A stretch of 64,000 nt of DNA, from NCBI RefSeq assembly GCF_006345805.1, contig NC_043008.1, positions 5,146,001 to 5,210,000 on the forward strand, given 5' to 3'. Both the position numbers and the translations under genes were made by a program. Under the pieces are notes generated by a model. The model saw nothing but the letters and a program-made list of their open reading frames with translations. It was not told the origin of the DNA and searched no databases. The DNA is from Octopus sinensis (Eukaryota). Position 1 is the stretch's first letter, and every line of letters begins with the position of its first letter. This document shows positions 1-12,639 of the stretch, in pieces.

Positions 1-1846
1 GCGAAAGTCAAGTGGCTTTCAGAATTACAGGAAGAATTTGTTGTAAATCTCCACCAAAGACCAATAATTTTCTTTCCATGAATTGCTTATTGTTCATGAG
101 ATCCTGAAGTGTGCAATTTAAAGTTTCAAGATATCAGTGGCACATTGGGGCTTCATCCCTCACCAACAGCTGAGCATTGTATAGAAGGCACCTAGTTGTG
201 TCATTAGGCAAAACATAACACATTGAAGTTGACATTGCTAGAATGTGGGACTTGAAGCAGGAATGAGCTGTGCAGCCGAGCTTTAGCAGTGTCACTGTCA
301 TATAAAAGGAAGCTGTAGCAAGGGCATTTCCACTTTTTTTATGAACATAAGACAGCAGTAAATTTAACAAGAGAGTCTTACCTGTTCCTCCTGGAGCATC
401 AATAAATAGCAAATTCCCTTCATTGTTGTCAATTTTTGTTTTCACTGTTTCAAAGACAATCCTCCGTTCATTGTTGAGCATGTCAGTGCGATCATGGTTG
501 TAGGCTTCTGTTGAAGGATCTATTTTTTCTTGATTGACAGATGCAGTTGGTTTAGCGACAGGTAAATCATAATCATCTGTTAAATGGTAATACTGAATTA
601 ATTGATGATTCAGCACACACAGCTGCTTCTGTTGCCTGCTTGGAAGTCATTGTTTCTCTTCTATAATGCAGAAAGTCTTCAGACAGATTATTACAGAACA
701 TGTTGTATAATGTTAAAGGCTTAGATGGATAATGGAGGTGAAGAATTTATGCACATTTTCTATTCTTGGTCATTTTCAAGAAGATTCATAGCCTAACACA
801 CCTGTTTAAAGCTTTCACATGTTACTTTATCGACTGTCAGCAGATCTTCAAAACTTGTAACTCCAATCCTATGAAAAAGCAACAATCTCAATAGAGAAGA
901 GTTTTCCCTGAGACAGTTGGACAGTGTAAACTCTACCAATTGTCTGTGGGATTCCTTTTGGTTGCCTTTCTCTCCTTTGCCAGGTCTTACTTGATGACTG
1001 CCGTATATAAAACTCAGGCAAGTTATAACAGAGAATACTTCTTGCTTCTGGATCTTCAGGATTCTTATCAAAGTAAGCAGGGAGTTTAGTTGTTTGAGCT
1101 GGCTGCAAAGTATATTCCAGGTTGTTTATATTGAAAACGACAAATGATTGGGCAAGTGAATCTGAAGGCATTCAACAGGACTTCTTTTGTTGAATTGGAA
1201 GTTCTAAAAGTCTCCATGATTCATATTTTGTGATCTTGTCTTGAGTTGCATTGCCATTCATTATTAATATGAACTTTGTATGTCTGTTGTAGCCAGGTGT
1301 TATAGAAGACCATTTGTCAGTTATCCATTTTGATGTCCCTTCAGTTGGGCTTCATTGACAATACAGTGGATAACAAGGCAAAGTCATGTTAGGCTCTTCA
1401 CATGGTCCATGTCTCATGTATTTCTTCATCAAACTGAATAGAGCAGCTGTATTTGGATAGTCTTGTTCAGGAAGTTCAGCAAAGACAACTTTGACAATTT
1501 CTTGCCATGAATTGTGACTGTTTTCTATTATAAATAGAAAGTGACAATGAGGTAGACCTCTTTTTTTTTTTTTTAAATTCAGTTGTGCTCACATATGCCA
1601 CTAACTTTTCCAAAACTATGGATTCGATGTCCTCTAGCAGTTGCTGTTGCTTCATTTTGAAAACTTGTGCTGTTTTGGCAGGACAATCCACTGCAGTTTG
1701 ATCTGAGTTTAGTTCTCTTGTTATTTCTTCCCTTTTTGGATTTACTGATAAAGGTGACAAAAAATGTAGGCTTTCCAAATTTCCTTATGTTGGCCATAGT
1801 GTCTTGGTAGTGCTTTGCCATTTATCTTTGGTTTTCAGTAAATATA

Positions 1847-3458
1847 TCAGGTCATCCCATAAGTTCTGTCCAAACTTTGAATCAAGAAATCAAGTGATCA
1901 AATGTTATACTTAATTGAAATTTAATCATCAATGTACTTTCCCTGATTTATCAATGACTTCCTTCCATCTATTTACAAGCTTTTTAATCCCATCTATGTA
2001 AAACTCCTTTGGTTTCAAAGCGAAGAACTGTGAAATGTCAGTTTCAACCTCCTCCTGGCTTGCAAAAGTTTATGGCCCCCAAATGATTCTGTAAACTACA
2101 AAACAAATGGTAGTCTGAAGGAGCAAGGTCAGGAGAATAAGGTGGATGATGAATTTTTTCCCAACCAAGCTCTTCGATCTTTTGTAATGTGATCTTTGCA
2201 GTGTGGGGTCATGCATTGTCCTGATCAAACATCACTCCTTTTCGATTCACTAAAGCGGGTCTTTTTTCTCTTCATACCTTGGTTCAAATGCTCTAATTGC
2301 TGAGATTAGACTTGAGCATTGATTGCTGCATTAGGTGGTAACAATTCAAAGTGAATTACTCTTTTGCAATCCCACCAAATAGAAGAACCTTTTTCCCATG
2401 AAGTTCCCTTCTCGGTTGTGGTTGAGCTTTTTCCCTTTAACAAGCCACTGTTTACGACTCTCTTTACTCTTTTACTTGTTTCAGTCATTTGAATGCGGCC
2501 ATGCTGGAGCACTGCCTTTAGTCGAGCAAATCGACCCCAGGACTTATTCTTTGTAAGCCTAGTACTTATTCTATTGGTCTCTTTTGCCGAACTGCTAAGT
2601 TACAGGGACGCAAACACACCAGCATTGGTTGTCAAACGATGTTGGGGGGACAAACACACACACACATACATATATACGACGGGCTTCTTTCAGTTTCCGT
2701 CTACCAAATCCACTCACAAGGCTTTGGTCAGCCCGAAGCTATAGTAGAAGACACTTGCTCAAGGTGCCACACAGTGGGACTGAACCTGGAACCATGTGGA
2801 TGGTAAGCAAGCTACTTACCACACAGCCGCTCCTGTGCTTTTTAACATGTTTAACATTTCGATAGAAGATCCATCTTTTGTCACAAGTCTATCCAAAAAG
2901 GGTGAAATGAGTTCGCGAAAATGGAGAGAAGAGCAGATGTCAACTCAGGATTTGTGGTTGCTTTCGGACATTTCATGAGGCACTCATTTTCCAAGTTGTT
3001 GAAGATGACAGTGAACAATTGTATGGTTTGAACTAAGCTTTATTGTCAATTCTTCAATTGATAATGCAGGATTTTCTTCAAGTAATGTCTCAAGGAGCTT
3101 ATCATCAAACTCAACTGGATGTCATGTTCGATTTTAATCTTCAAGGCTGAAATCTTCACTTCTGAATTTTGCAAACCATTTTCTGCAAGTTCTTTCATTC
3201 AAGCATTCTTTCCCATAAACTGAATGTATGTTTCAAGTCGCTTTGGCTGCAGAGTCTTCTGCTTAGAACTTGCAGATCAACATTCTTCCAGTTTGATGAA
3301 CTTCTCTTTCACTATCAGCTATCAACACAGCAACTTTATTCCACATTGGTAAGTTATATTTTCTTGAGTGTTCATTCATTTTCACTCTGAGTAAGATATG
3401 TTCCCTGCATTTGTTTTGTTTTTTTATATATTTTACTTTTTTTTAAGGGGATGAGTAT
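1847..3458 (-). mobile_element. Mariner (Tc1/mariner) transposon remnant 1
   Basis: TA followed by TIR-like TCAGGTCATCCCATAAGTT at 1847. Minus strand gives PPYSPDLAPSDYHLF and SQEEVETDISQFFALKPKEFYIDGIKK (1930-2150) and N-terminal KWFAKFRSE..DDKLLETLLEENP (3060-3190). The right end is degenerate. Confidence 0.85.
2458..2838 (-). mobile_element. tRNA-derived SINE (family 1) nested in mariner 1
   Basis: The minus-strand head has A-box-like CGGCTGTGTGG and B-box-like GGTTCAGTCCC, then a CORE-like ACCTTGAGCAAGT block and a microsatellite. Same family as 59047-60648. Confidence 0.85.
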
Positions 3459-3621
3459 AATCATTTTGATGAACTTGAGTTTGTTTCTAACATTTTATTA
3501 ACCATGGTGAAGTAAATGGCAAAGTTGGCTCATTAGCTTCTCTTTTACCAGACTGAGTCTCTTTACACAGTGTCTTAACATCAGGTTGGAATCAAAGTTC
3601 TCGCACAACTTTTATTAGCAA

Positions 3622-5988
3622 CTAGCAGAGACACCCAGCGTTGCTTGGCATTCAAATGGTACAGTTTGCATATAATATATTACAGTTATGTTGAAACAGG
3701 TGATATGGGAAAGTGCAGCATTGATTACAAAACATTTGTGGAATAAATAATGGCCTAATTCTACTATGTGACATGTCATGCATCTGTTTGGAGTATTCCA
3801 GGTCCTAACCTGTCATGGAAAATTGGGGGTGGGGGTTATGTGACTTTTTAACACACTGCAAAGCTGTCGTTGGATATACTCTCCTTTGCAGTGAGTGGCA
3901 CTACATGTAGCATGACCCATTGTCTCAAGTTTTGACACCTCCTTCGGGTTTGTTGTCCTATGACACTCATAAAGTAAATTTGGAGGAACTGTGGCTGTTC
4001 ATTTGTGTTTAACAGGGAACCAATGAGGTGATAGATTTGCCCTTGAACTTTGAAGTCAGTGTAAATCCATGTTCAACTATCTCCTTAGATTCACCAAACA
4101 ATGTCATTTGAAGTGTAGAGTTGTATTGTCTGATATTGTTCAGAAAATCCTTTGACTGGATAGAAGTGCCTTCCAGAAGATCCATAAGAGGTTGAGGAGG
4201 AGCTGGTAGTGCTAGCAACCTTACCTGACCGTCTGAGCAGCACATGCCATTTGTTTCATTTTAAAGCCTTGCAGAAATGACAATTTGTGTTTAGTACACC
4301 GATTTGGACAAAAGTATCCTTTTTATAAGAATGGGATGGATCATATCTGAAAGTAGCTGCAGCAGTTGCGAAGAATGAATTTGTACGTAGTCTGTTTCTG
4401 AGAGCTATTCCATTGGACCTCTGTCTCATCATTAAAACATTGATTTAATGATCCAGCATTAAGTGCTGCATTATGTCTTTGCTGATCGTGGGAAAGTCTC
4501 ATCCTCCTTCTCTCTTGAGACTCTGTCTGATGTGCTGCATTATGTCTTTGCTGATCGTGGGAAAGTCTCATCCTCCTTCTCTCTTGAGACTCTGTCTGAT
4601 GTGCTGCATTATGTATTTGCTGATCGTGGGAAAGTCTCATCCTCCTTCTCTCTTGAGACTCTGTCTGATGTGCTGCATTATGTCTTTGCTGATCGTGGGA
4701 AAGTCTCATCCTCCTTCTCTCTTGAGACTCTGTCTGATGTGCTGCATTATGTCTTTGCTGATCGTGGGAAAGTCTCATCCTCCTTCTCTCTTGAGACTCT
4801 GTCTGATGTGCTGCATTATGTCTTTGCTGATCGTGGGAAAGTCTCATCCTCCTTCTCTCTTGAGACTCTGTCTGATGTGCTGCATTATGTCTTTGCTGAT
4901 CGTGGGAAAGTCTCATCCTCCTTCTCTCTTGAGACTCTGTCTGATGTGCTGCATTTGTCTTTGCTGATCGTGGGAAAGTCTCATCCTCCTTCTCTCTTGA
5001 GACTCTGTCTGATGTGCTGCATTAGTCTTTGCTGATCGTGGGAAAGTCTCATCCTCCTTCTCTCTTCTCTTGAGACTCTGTCTGATGTGCTGCATTATGT
5101 CTTTGCTGATCGTGGGAAAGTCCATCTCCTTCTCTCTTGAACTCTGTCTGATGTGCTGCATTATGTCTTTGCTGATCGTGGGAAAGTCTCATCCTCCTTC
5201 TCTCTTGAGACTCTGTCTGATGTGCTGCATTATGTCTTTGCTGATCGTGGGAAAGTCTCATCCTCCTTCTCTCTTGAGACTCTGTCTGATGTGCTGCATT
5301 ATGTCTTTGCTGATCGTGGGAAAGTCTCATCCTCCTTCTCTCTTGAGACTCTGTCTGATGTGCTGCATTATGTCTTTGCTGATCGTGGGAAAGTCTCATC
5401 CTCCTTCTCTCTTGAGACTCTGTCTGATGTGCTGCATTATGTCTTTGCTGATCGTGGGAAAGTCTCATCCTCCTTCTCTCTTGAGACTCTGTCTGATGTG
5501 CTGCATTATGTCTTTGCTGATCGTGGGAAAGTCTCATCCTCCTTCTCTCTTGAGACTCTGTCTGATGTGCTGCATTATGTCTTTGCTGATCGTGGGAAAG
5601 TCTCATCCTCCTTCTCTCTTGAGACTCTGTCTGATGTGCTGCATTATGTCTTTGCTGATCGTGGGAAAGTCTCATCCTCCTTCTCTCTTGAGACTCTGTC
5701 TGATGTGCTGCATTATGTCTTTGCTGACCTTGGGAAAGTCTCATCTCGTGTCTGTCTTGAAACTCCATTTATGTGATTGTAAATACCTTGCAACTGCTGC
5801 AATAATTATGAACTGGTAAGTGAACAGTAAATGTGTATTTTTATATACCTTGGACCTGCCACCTCATAGTTTTTTGTCAAGAGTTTCACCCCCAGCTGTT
5901 TGTTATGCGAGTCAACACACACACACACTGACACACCATTCCGCTGTCATAGCTGTAAAGACAAAAACTTGCCGACGTGTAATGTTGA
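3622..5988 (-). mobile_element. Internally deleted Helitron with STPR-like repeat array and N-terminal Rep region
   Basis: 3' CTAG at 3622-3625 followed by T on the minus strand, with a nearby GC hairpin. N-terminal Helitron block CCSDGQVRL..PAPPQPLMDLL..FLNNIRQYNS..GSLLNTNEQPQFLQIYFM (3930-4245). The 5' TC at 5988 is tentative. Confidence 0.7.
4463..5747 (-). repeat. 69-bp coding minisatellite, about 18-19 copies, 23-aa unit MRLSHDQQRHNAAHQTESQERRR
   Basis: Directly visible tandem unit TGCTGCATTATGTCTTTGCTGATCGTGGGAAAGTCTCATCCTCCTTCTCTCTTGAGACTCTGTCTGATG. The indels cluster at about 4950-5150. Confidence 0.97.
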
Positions 5989-7929
5989 TTATTTTTGATC
6001 CCTTGCTTCCAACGATAGGGTAGATCATGGATACCTTTGTTGTAAAATTAACTAGTTTACTATCAATGAAGTCTCCTACTGCAGTTTTCAATTCTTCATT
6101 AGTTGTGAACAGTTTGCCAGTAGTCTGTTGGTGCCAGGTCAAATGAGAGAGAACATCCAACTCCAGCTCGAGAAGTTTTACAATGGTGAGATTTGCAACA
6201 TGTGGTCAGGTGTTATCATGAAGCAACATGACATCAGTCAATTTTGGATGTTTTTGCGCAATTGCATCTGCCACCCATTGCAGTTGTTGACAGTACAGTT
6301 GATGGTCTGATTGCATTCCAACATTTCCCAGTGAATCATGCTCTTCGCATGTCACCAGACACAAACTATGAGCTTCTTTTAATGCAGGTTTACCTTTGCC
6401 TGAGGTTGTGCAGTTGCACCTTTGCCTGTCCAGCTTCTTTTGCATGTCTTGCCTTAGTACAGGCACCATTTCTGCTCTGCAGTAACCACTTTGTTCAGCC
6501 AATCAAAATGACACTTCTTGGACAGTAGCGTCGTGCTGGCATTTACGGTCAAAGTCGGTCAGTTTGCATGGGACCCGTATGTCCAGTGATGCAAAATGGC
6601 TGTATGGCTGATGCCAAACTTATCAGCCAGCTTCTGTGATGTCAAGTGTGGATTAACTTCAACACAGGTGCACAAACAGTCATTGTCCAATAAGTGACGG
6701 TTGACCACTTGGCTGGTTTTAGAGACTCAATTGGTCAGGCTGATACTTCTTAAACCAATTGTAGGCTGTGTGACAACCAGTTGTATCTTTTCCAAATTTT
6801 TGGCTGATATGACATTGTGATTGACCTGCATTTAGGCTGGACTTGTAATCATACAGTGACAAAATACATAGCTGTTCACTAGAGAGAGTCATTTGTTGGG
6901 CCATTTTTGGAACTTCATTTCTGAAATGATGAAAATATTCAATCAAAAGATATTGCATTTACTTATATATAAATCAATAAATGTATATAAAAATGTTGTG
7001 TGAGAATTTTGTCTCCAACCTGATAATTAATGTGAATGATATTTTTTAAAGAGGCATGAAATCTTAGACGTGTAAATATGTGTACAATACACTGCCTGCG
7101 GTGTCATATGAACTCATGTTTCTGGAGTATTCGTTCAGTCATTGAAGCTCTTATCATTATAGAGTAGTGGTTCCACTGTTTTTTTTTGGGGGGGGGGGGC
7201 TTGCTTCATTGTAAGGTTTATTCATATATTGGAAAGGTACAGTTAAATACTTTCACCTTTCTACTTTTTTTTTTTTATATACTACTACTGTACAATACCA
7301 CTAATAATTTGGAAGATGATGGCCTATCATTTCAGGTGGGTTGCACAGACCAAAATCACTCTTTCTATCAAAGCGTTCTTGTATTCCATACCATTTTTGG
7401 GGGGGTCTCTATTTGTAATTTGACATTATGACAGAGTTGATCAATGCATGTTTTTCTTGTTTGTCTACCATGAGAATTGTTACGACTCTAGAGCCATAGA
7501 AAGAGCTCACCCACTAATTCAAACTTGCTTCAATACCTTCTGCAATCAAAAATAATGTTGATTGGTTTTTATTTCACCCCATTGTGACCCTGTTGTTTTT
7601 AATCCTCTTAACACAGCATGGTGGACAAAATGCTTAGCAGCAATTTTTCTAGTTCTCAGCTGAAATTCCACCACAGTTAACTTTGCTTTTCATCCTTTTG
7701 AGGCCAATAAATTAAAATACTGGTTGAGCACTAGGTTTGTTCGATGTAATTAACTAGCCCTCTGGTCTTAAAATTTCTGACCTTGTACCTATTATAGAAA
7801 GAATTATTATCAATCTTCTACTCTCTAGTTGGGAAATAAGGCTACACTGATTCAACAGCATTCAAACTGGTCCTCAAGAGCAACTCTGTGTCTCGCCTGA
7901 TGTGAGATCTTTTTCTATCAGTTTTCAAC

Positions 7930-8260
7930 TGTTCTGTACCAGGTGTTCTTTGGTTGTTCAGGCTTTCACTTTCCAGATGGTATCCGTCATATTGATAGTT
8001 TTGGTAGCTTAACCAGGTCCATTCTGAGTGTATTACCTACCTACTCTAGTTACTGGCATTGTTTTCAACGACAACACTATTGCAACAACTCTTGCTGTAC
8101 ATTTCCTCATTTGATGCTTTGTTAGCCTAGGTGTGATGCAATACATTTTACTTGAGCACTTGTGTCTTCTTGTAACATTCATCAGCATTCTGAGCCATAC
8201 ATTAATACAGATTTGACGTGACTGTTATAAGGTGCAGTCTTAGCCCTCAAACTGTATTAC
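7930..8260 (-). mobile_element. Old RTE-clade LINE fragment
   Basis: Minus strand KSVLMYGSEC resembles the RTE post-RT SVLLYGSECW motif. Heavily decayed. Confidence 0.45.
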
Positions 8261-8263
8261 CTA

Positions 8264-10560
8264 CAGTAGTACCTTGACTGACAAGTTTAATTCATTACAT
8301 GACAGAGCTCGTAACTCAAATTACTTGTATGTCAAATCGGTTTTCCCCATTGAAATGAATTGAAATGCCATTTATCCATTCCGGGCCTCACAAAAAAAAT
8401 ATTGCAATTTTTTTTGTTACCTGCTTTTAAATAAGAAAGAGGTACTTTAATGTATATTGTATAAAAAAAACCCCAAAAAACAATACAATAGAATGTACTG
8501 CAATAAACTGGTTTTATTAAGTATAATGTACAACATTTACTTTGGAGATCAGATGACGTGAGGATGCTGATGGAGGTGAAGGAGAAAGGCTGAACTGAAT
8601 AACTGAATCTTATTTGCTGATTTTTGCCCTTTTTGCCACACTTTTCACACTTTCATCTGCAGGAATTTTTGATAAAAACCTGTCCAATGAGGTCTGTTTC
8701 ATCCTCCCTTTCAGAATGTTTCTGAAATGAGTTAGGCAAGTGTCATTAAATAGCACCTTTGCATGCTCATTGTAACTTTTACTGGGTGTTTCTTTTGAAG
8801 AAAGTCTGAAAATTTCTCTCACATTCCCAACATTTCCTTTATCACACTCGTAGAGATAACCTCTTCCGCATCATCTATTTCCTGCAAATCCTCCATGAGC
8901 TGCCGTTTCTGTAGCTCCTTTAGATCCTCCCTTGTCAGTTCCTCAAAGTGCTCCTGGATGAACTCGTTTATATCACCTTCATCCATGTCTAGGCCCATGG
9001 ACTTGCTGAGGGATACAATCTCCTTCACCACTGATACTTTGGGTTCGAGTCTTTCAAAGTCTGTTTCAGACACAACCTCAGGCCACAGCTTCTTCAATGC
9101 AGAGGTCAAGGTTCTCTTTGTAACATCCTGTCAGGCCATATTGATAATTATGAGGCATATCATGATGTTATAGTGGTCCTTCCAGAACACTCTATGGGTG
9201 AGGTTTGTGCTCTTCATCACCTCAGAGCAGTGGAGGAACAGGTGATTGGAGCTTCTTGAAATTAGAAATCACCTGCCGGTCCAGGGCTGCAAGATAGGGA
9301 TTTGTGTTGGATGGAAGGTAGAGAACTTTTATAAATTTGAACTCTTTGAGGATGTTATATTCGAGGTTAGGTGGATGAGCAGGTGCATTGTCCAGGATGA
9401 GAAGGGTTTACAGCAGTAGGTTATTTTCCTGGAGATATTTCTTAACATCAGGACAAAATTCACCCACTCCACAAAGAACTGCCTGGTGACCCACACCCTT
9501 GGGTTTGCTCTCCACATAACCTGCAGGTTTTCTTTCAGAATCTTATGTGACTTAAAGGCTCTGGGATTTTCCAAATGATAAACAAGCAGCATCTTAATCT
9601 TGCAGCTGCCACTCATATTGGTGCACAGTGCGAGGGTTAGCCTATCCTTCATGGGTTGGTAGCCTGGCATCCTCTTCTCCAACTGCCATTATATAAGTCC
9701 TCCTTGGCATCTTCAAAAAAAAAGTCCTGTCTTGTCACAGTTGAAGACTTGTTGGGGGATGTATCCTTTGGCTGCTATAATTCTGACAAAAGTTTTGAAG
9801 TAATCCTCAGTTGCCTTCATATCCATGCTTGCTGCCTCACCATGCCTGACTAGGGAGTGAATGCTGGTCCTCTTTTTAAAATTCTCAAACCATCCTTGAC
9901 TGGCTTTGAATGGCTTGCCCGATGCCTTGTTTGTACAAGTGCCTGGGGTCTGCTGCAGCAAACTAGTGTAACTAGCTCGTGCTTTCTTGCAGATTGTAGC
10001 TTCCGTCACAGTATCTCCTGCAAGCTACTTCTCTGTCAAACACACCATCAGCAATTTCTCCGTATTTTCATGGATAGATGTCTGTTGTTTAGAAATTATT
10101 TTAATGCCCTTGGCTGGCATTATAGCCTTTATCGGCTCCTGCTTCAGTGTGGTGCAGGTAATGATTCGCCAAGTTGACTACATGCACACTTTGGTCATGT
10201 TTTTCAATAATTTCTTTCTTTAATTCATTGCACATCATTCGCTTCTTCTTCTCAGCATTGTCCTTCGCACTCACTTTCTTTGGACCCATGGTTGGAAAAA
10301 CGAAGTTTTGCAAAATAAGCACAATTGCGAGCACAACACTAATGCTTCTGTAGCCTGCAACGACTAAGTAAGCATTTTACCATCCATCTAGCTCACGATT
10401 CACCAATGATCTTCACACTTGCTAACATGTATGTCTGTCTAGCTATCAAGTAAGACACTGGATGCTGGGCGGATATTACAGTATTCACTGTGGTGTTCAC
10501 TACACCAACTAGCGGTAGTGTATCTGAAGCTGGCTTGTAACCTGAATTTTAGCTTACAAA
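8264..10560 (-). mobile_element. Tigger/pogo-like DNA transposon remnant
   Basis: TA plus TIR-like CAGTAGTACCTTGAC at 8264. Fragments MGPKKVSAKDNAEKKKRM (CENP-B-type HTH), FKASQGWFENFKKR, FNCDKTGLF, KDRLTLALCTNMSG, ALKKLWPE. The right end is uncertain. Confidence 0.9.
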
Positions 10561-10899
10561 AAAAAAAAAAGACACTGGCAATATTTTCTTAGAGAGCAGG
10601 GCTTTTGGAATATGGCTGTCATTCATGCAACATTAACTTGGAAGGGAAGACCATCCTGGTAAGTATGTTAGTATTGCAGATCCTGTCTTGTTGTTTGATC
10701 TTAAGGATTCTCTGCAAACATTTCATCTGAAATGTAAATCTTGTATTTCTTTGATGAGTTGTTTGTGACTGAGAACTCAACCCCTGTACATCTCTGCTTT
10801 GGTAGATGTTCTGAGCTGTTTATTCTCCCATACTTAATAAACCTTGAGAGTGTGGTAGCTGTTTTGCAAGAGCACTTGTGTTAGGCTCTATAATCTTAG

Positions 10900-12625
10900 T
10901 CTTAGGTCCTCCTGTGCCGTGTGGCGCATTGGGTGGCACGGTGAATCACAAGTGGCACTCAATGATAACGTCATGGAATGGACGGGCATCAGTTCAGTGA
11001 TGTATCTTGTCATTGGTAATGTGGTTCTCAGTATCTGCCAGAGGTATCATAGCTGAAATGCATTGATCCTTCGTGTGATCTTTGCTGATGTCTTCCATGT
11101 TTCTGCCATGTTTATTGCCAGTGGTATGACGATTGTGTTAAAGAGGCACACTTTGGTCTTGGTGGCAATCGCCCTACCTGCTCAGATGGGTTTGAGTCTT
11201 TGAAAGACAGTTGAGGCCTTCCCAATCCGGCAGGCAATGTCGCGTTCAGCGTCTCCATCATTCGTCACGATGCTGCCGAAATATGTGAACTCATCAACTT
11301 CCTCGATTTGCTGCTGTCCAATCATCAAGGGGACGCCATTGTTGTTCTCATCAACATATCCAATCCTCATGATCTTTGTCTTGTTTGCACTTATACGGAG
11401 TCTAATCTTGGCCACCTCGCATTCCAATCTCTCTGTCATTGTGCGAATGACATTCTTTGTTGCTCCAAGGAGCATGATATCATCGGCAAAGTCGAGGTCA
11501 GACAGGTACCCAACCCGCACCACGGAATCTCCACACATGACAAAGTCGATCGCTATAAGAAATAGGAGAGTGGATGGAATGTAGCCTTGCCATACACTAG
11601 TCTCAATGACAAAGTAGTCGATGTAGCCCTTCTCCATTTGAACGCAGCACCTTGACTTGTAGTAAAGGCTCTGAAAGGTGTCGACAAAATGCTCAGGAAT
11701 GCTGAAATCATGAAACCACAATGAACTCCAGTGTATGTTGTCAAATGCCTTGACAAAATCATTTAGCATACATTTAGCAGGGCCATCAGATGTTTGACAA
11801 CGGGATAACTTCCGTGCTTAAGCATCTCCACCGCCACTATATCCAGTCCCAGAAGGAGCCATAATATCGTCGTGATCTCACCTGTGTTCACTGCCAGATC
11901 GTTGTCGGGGATCAGTGGAGGACAAAGAAGTTAGCTGATTGAACGTCTCCTTAAAGTGCTTGACCCATCTCCTCACTTGATCTTCAACCATCAGTAATAC
12001 CTTCTAATTCTTGTCCTTGATGAGCACCCTTTGTCCGCTTCTTGTTCTGGTAAGTTTTTGTATCATTTCGACCTGCTGCCTCCAATCCCGTTTGTCTTTT
12101 CAACAGCTTTTCTTCACTCCTTGATCGAGTGTCCAATACGTTTCTGATGCTTGTTGCTGGGCATCATCCATTTGCACTAGGTCTGTTATTTTAGCCTTTC
12201 GTCTTGCATCGATCAGGATCCACGTTTGATCTTGTATGCACCACGGCGCCTGCCAACAATGTTCTTGGCACTTTTGATAATTGCATCCTTGAACTTCCTA
12301 AAGCAGCTGCCAATGTGGCCCATGTCTGCGAGAGGTCAGAATCAGTTTCTCAGTTCCAACTAGAATTAATCAACTCTCCTTCAGTCTTTAAATTTCTCCA
12401 CTGCAAAGGAGCAGGGGGACTCTGCACAAGTAGCAAGCACTTCAATCAAAACCAACACTTTCCAAGGAGGAGGTAATGATCTGAGCCTACATTCAGCACG
12501 TCCTCGGCACATCCAGCAGGACCGATCTCCACCGCTTACTAATTCAGACGTAGTCGACCTCGTTAAAGCTCCAACCATCTGGTGATCGCTACATTTTCTT
12601 GACGATGATACATAGAAAAGCATAC
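10900..12625 (-). mobile_element. RTE-clade LINE remnant (RT domain)
   Basis: ORF 11182-11769 with DFVKAFD, DLDFADDIMLL, KTKIM and EEVDEFTYFGS. Flanking decayed pre-RT and post-RT sequence. Confidence 0.85.
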
Positions 12626-12639
12626 ATGGTCAGATAGAA

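Larger units (their letters stand above)
1..3577 (-). pseudogene. Degenerate Helitron RepHel (Rep nuclease + PIF1 helicase) remnant, interrupted by a mariner
   Basis: Frameshifted pieces in the correct order: HYQDTMANIRKFGKPTFFVTF (1579-1821), MRHGPC and KVHIN (about 1260-1410), LQPAQTTKLPAYF (869-1171), LLLFHRIGVTSFEDLLTVD (793-1071), Walker A DAPGGTGKT and DEAPM (134-616), GGDLQQILPV near position 30. Confidence 0.85.
3581..7023 (-). mobile_element. Mariner transposon remnant 2, with a Helitron inserted near its 3' TIR
   Basis: TIR pair TCAGGTTGGAATCAAAGTTCTCGCACAAC (3581) and GTTGTGTGAGAATTTTGTCTCCAACCTGA followed by TA (to 7023). Transposase fragments: 6719-6958 (HTH-like, TAYNWFKKY), 6206-6502 (LLHDNT), 5912-6160 (FTTNEELKTAVGDFIDSK). 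Confidence 0.8.

Noticed and set aside
4463-5819. Plus-strand ORFs across the 69-bp array (MLHYVFADRG.., MSLLIVGKSH..)
   Set aside because: These are by-products of a stop-free repeat unit. Only the minus-strand frame connects to Helitron sequence and a known repeat type.
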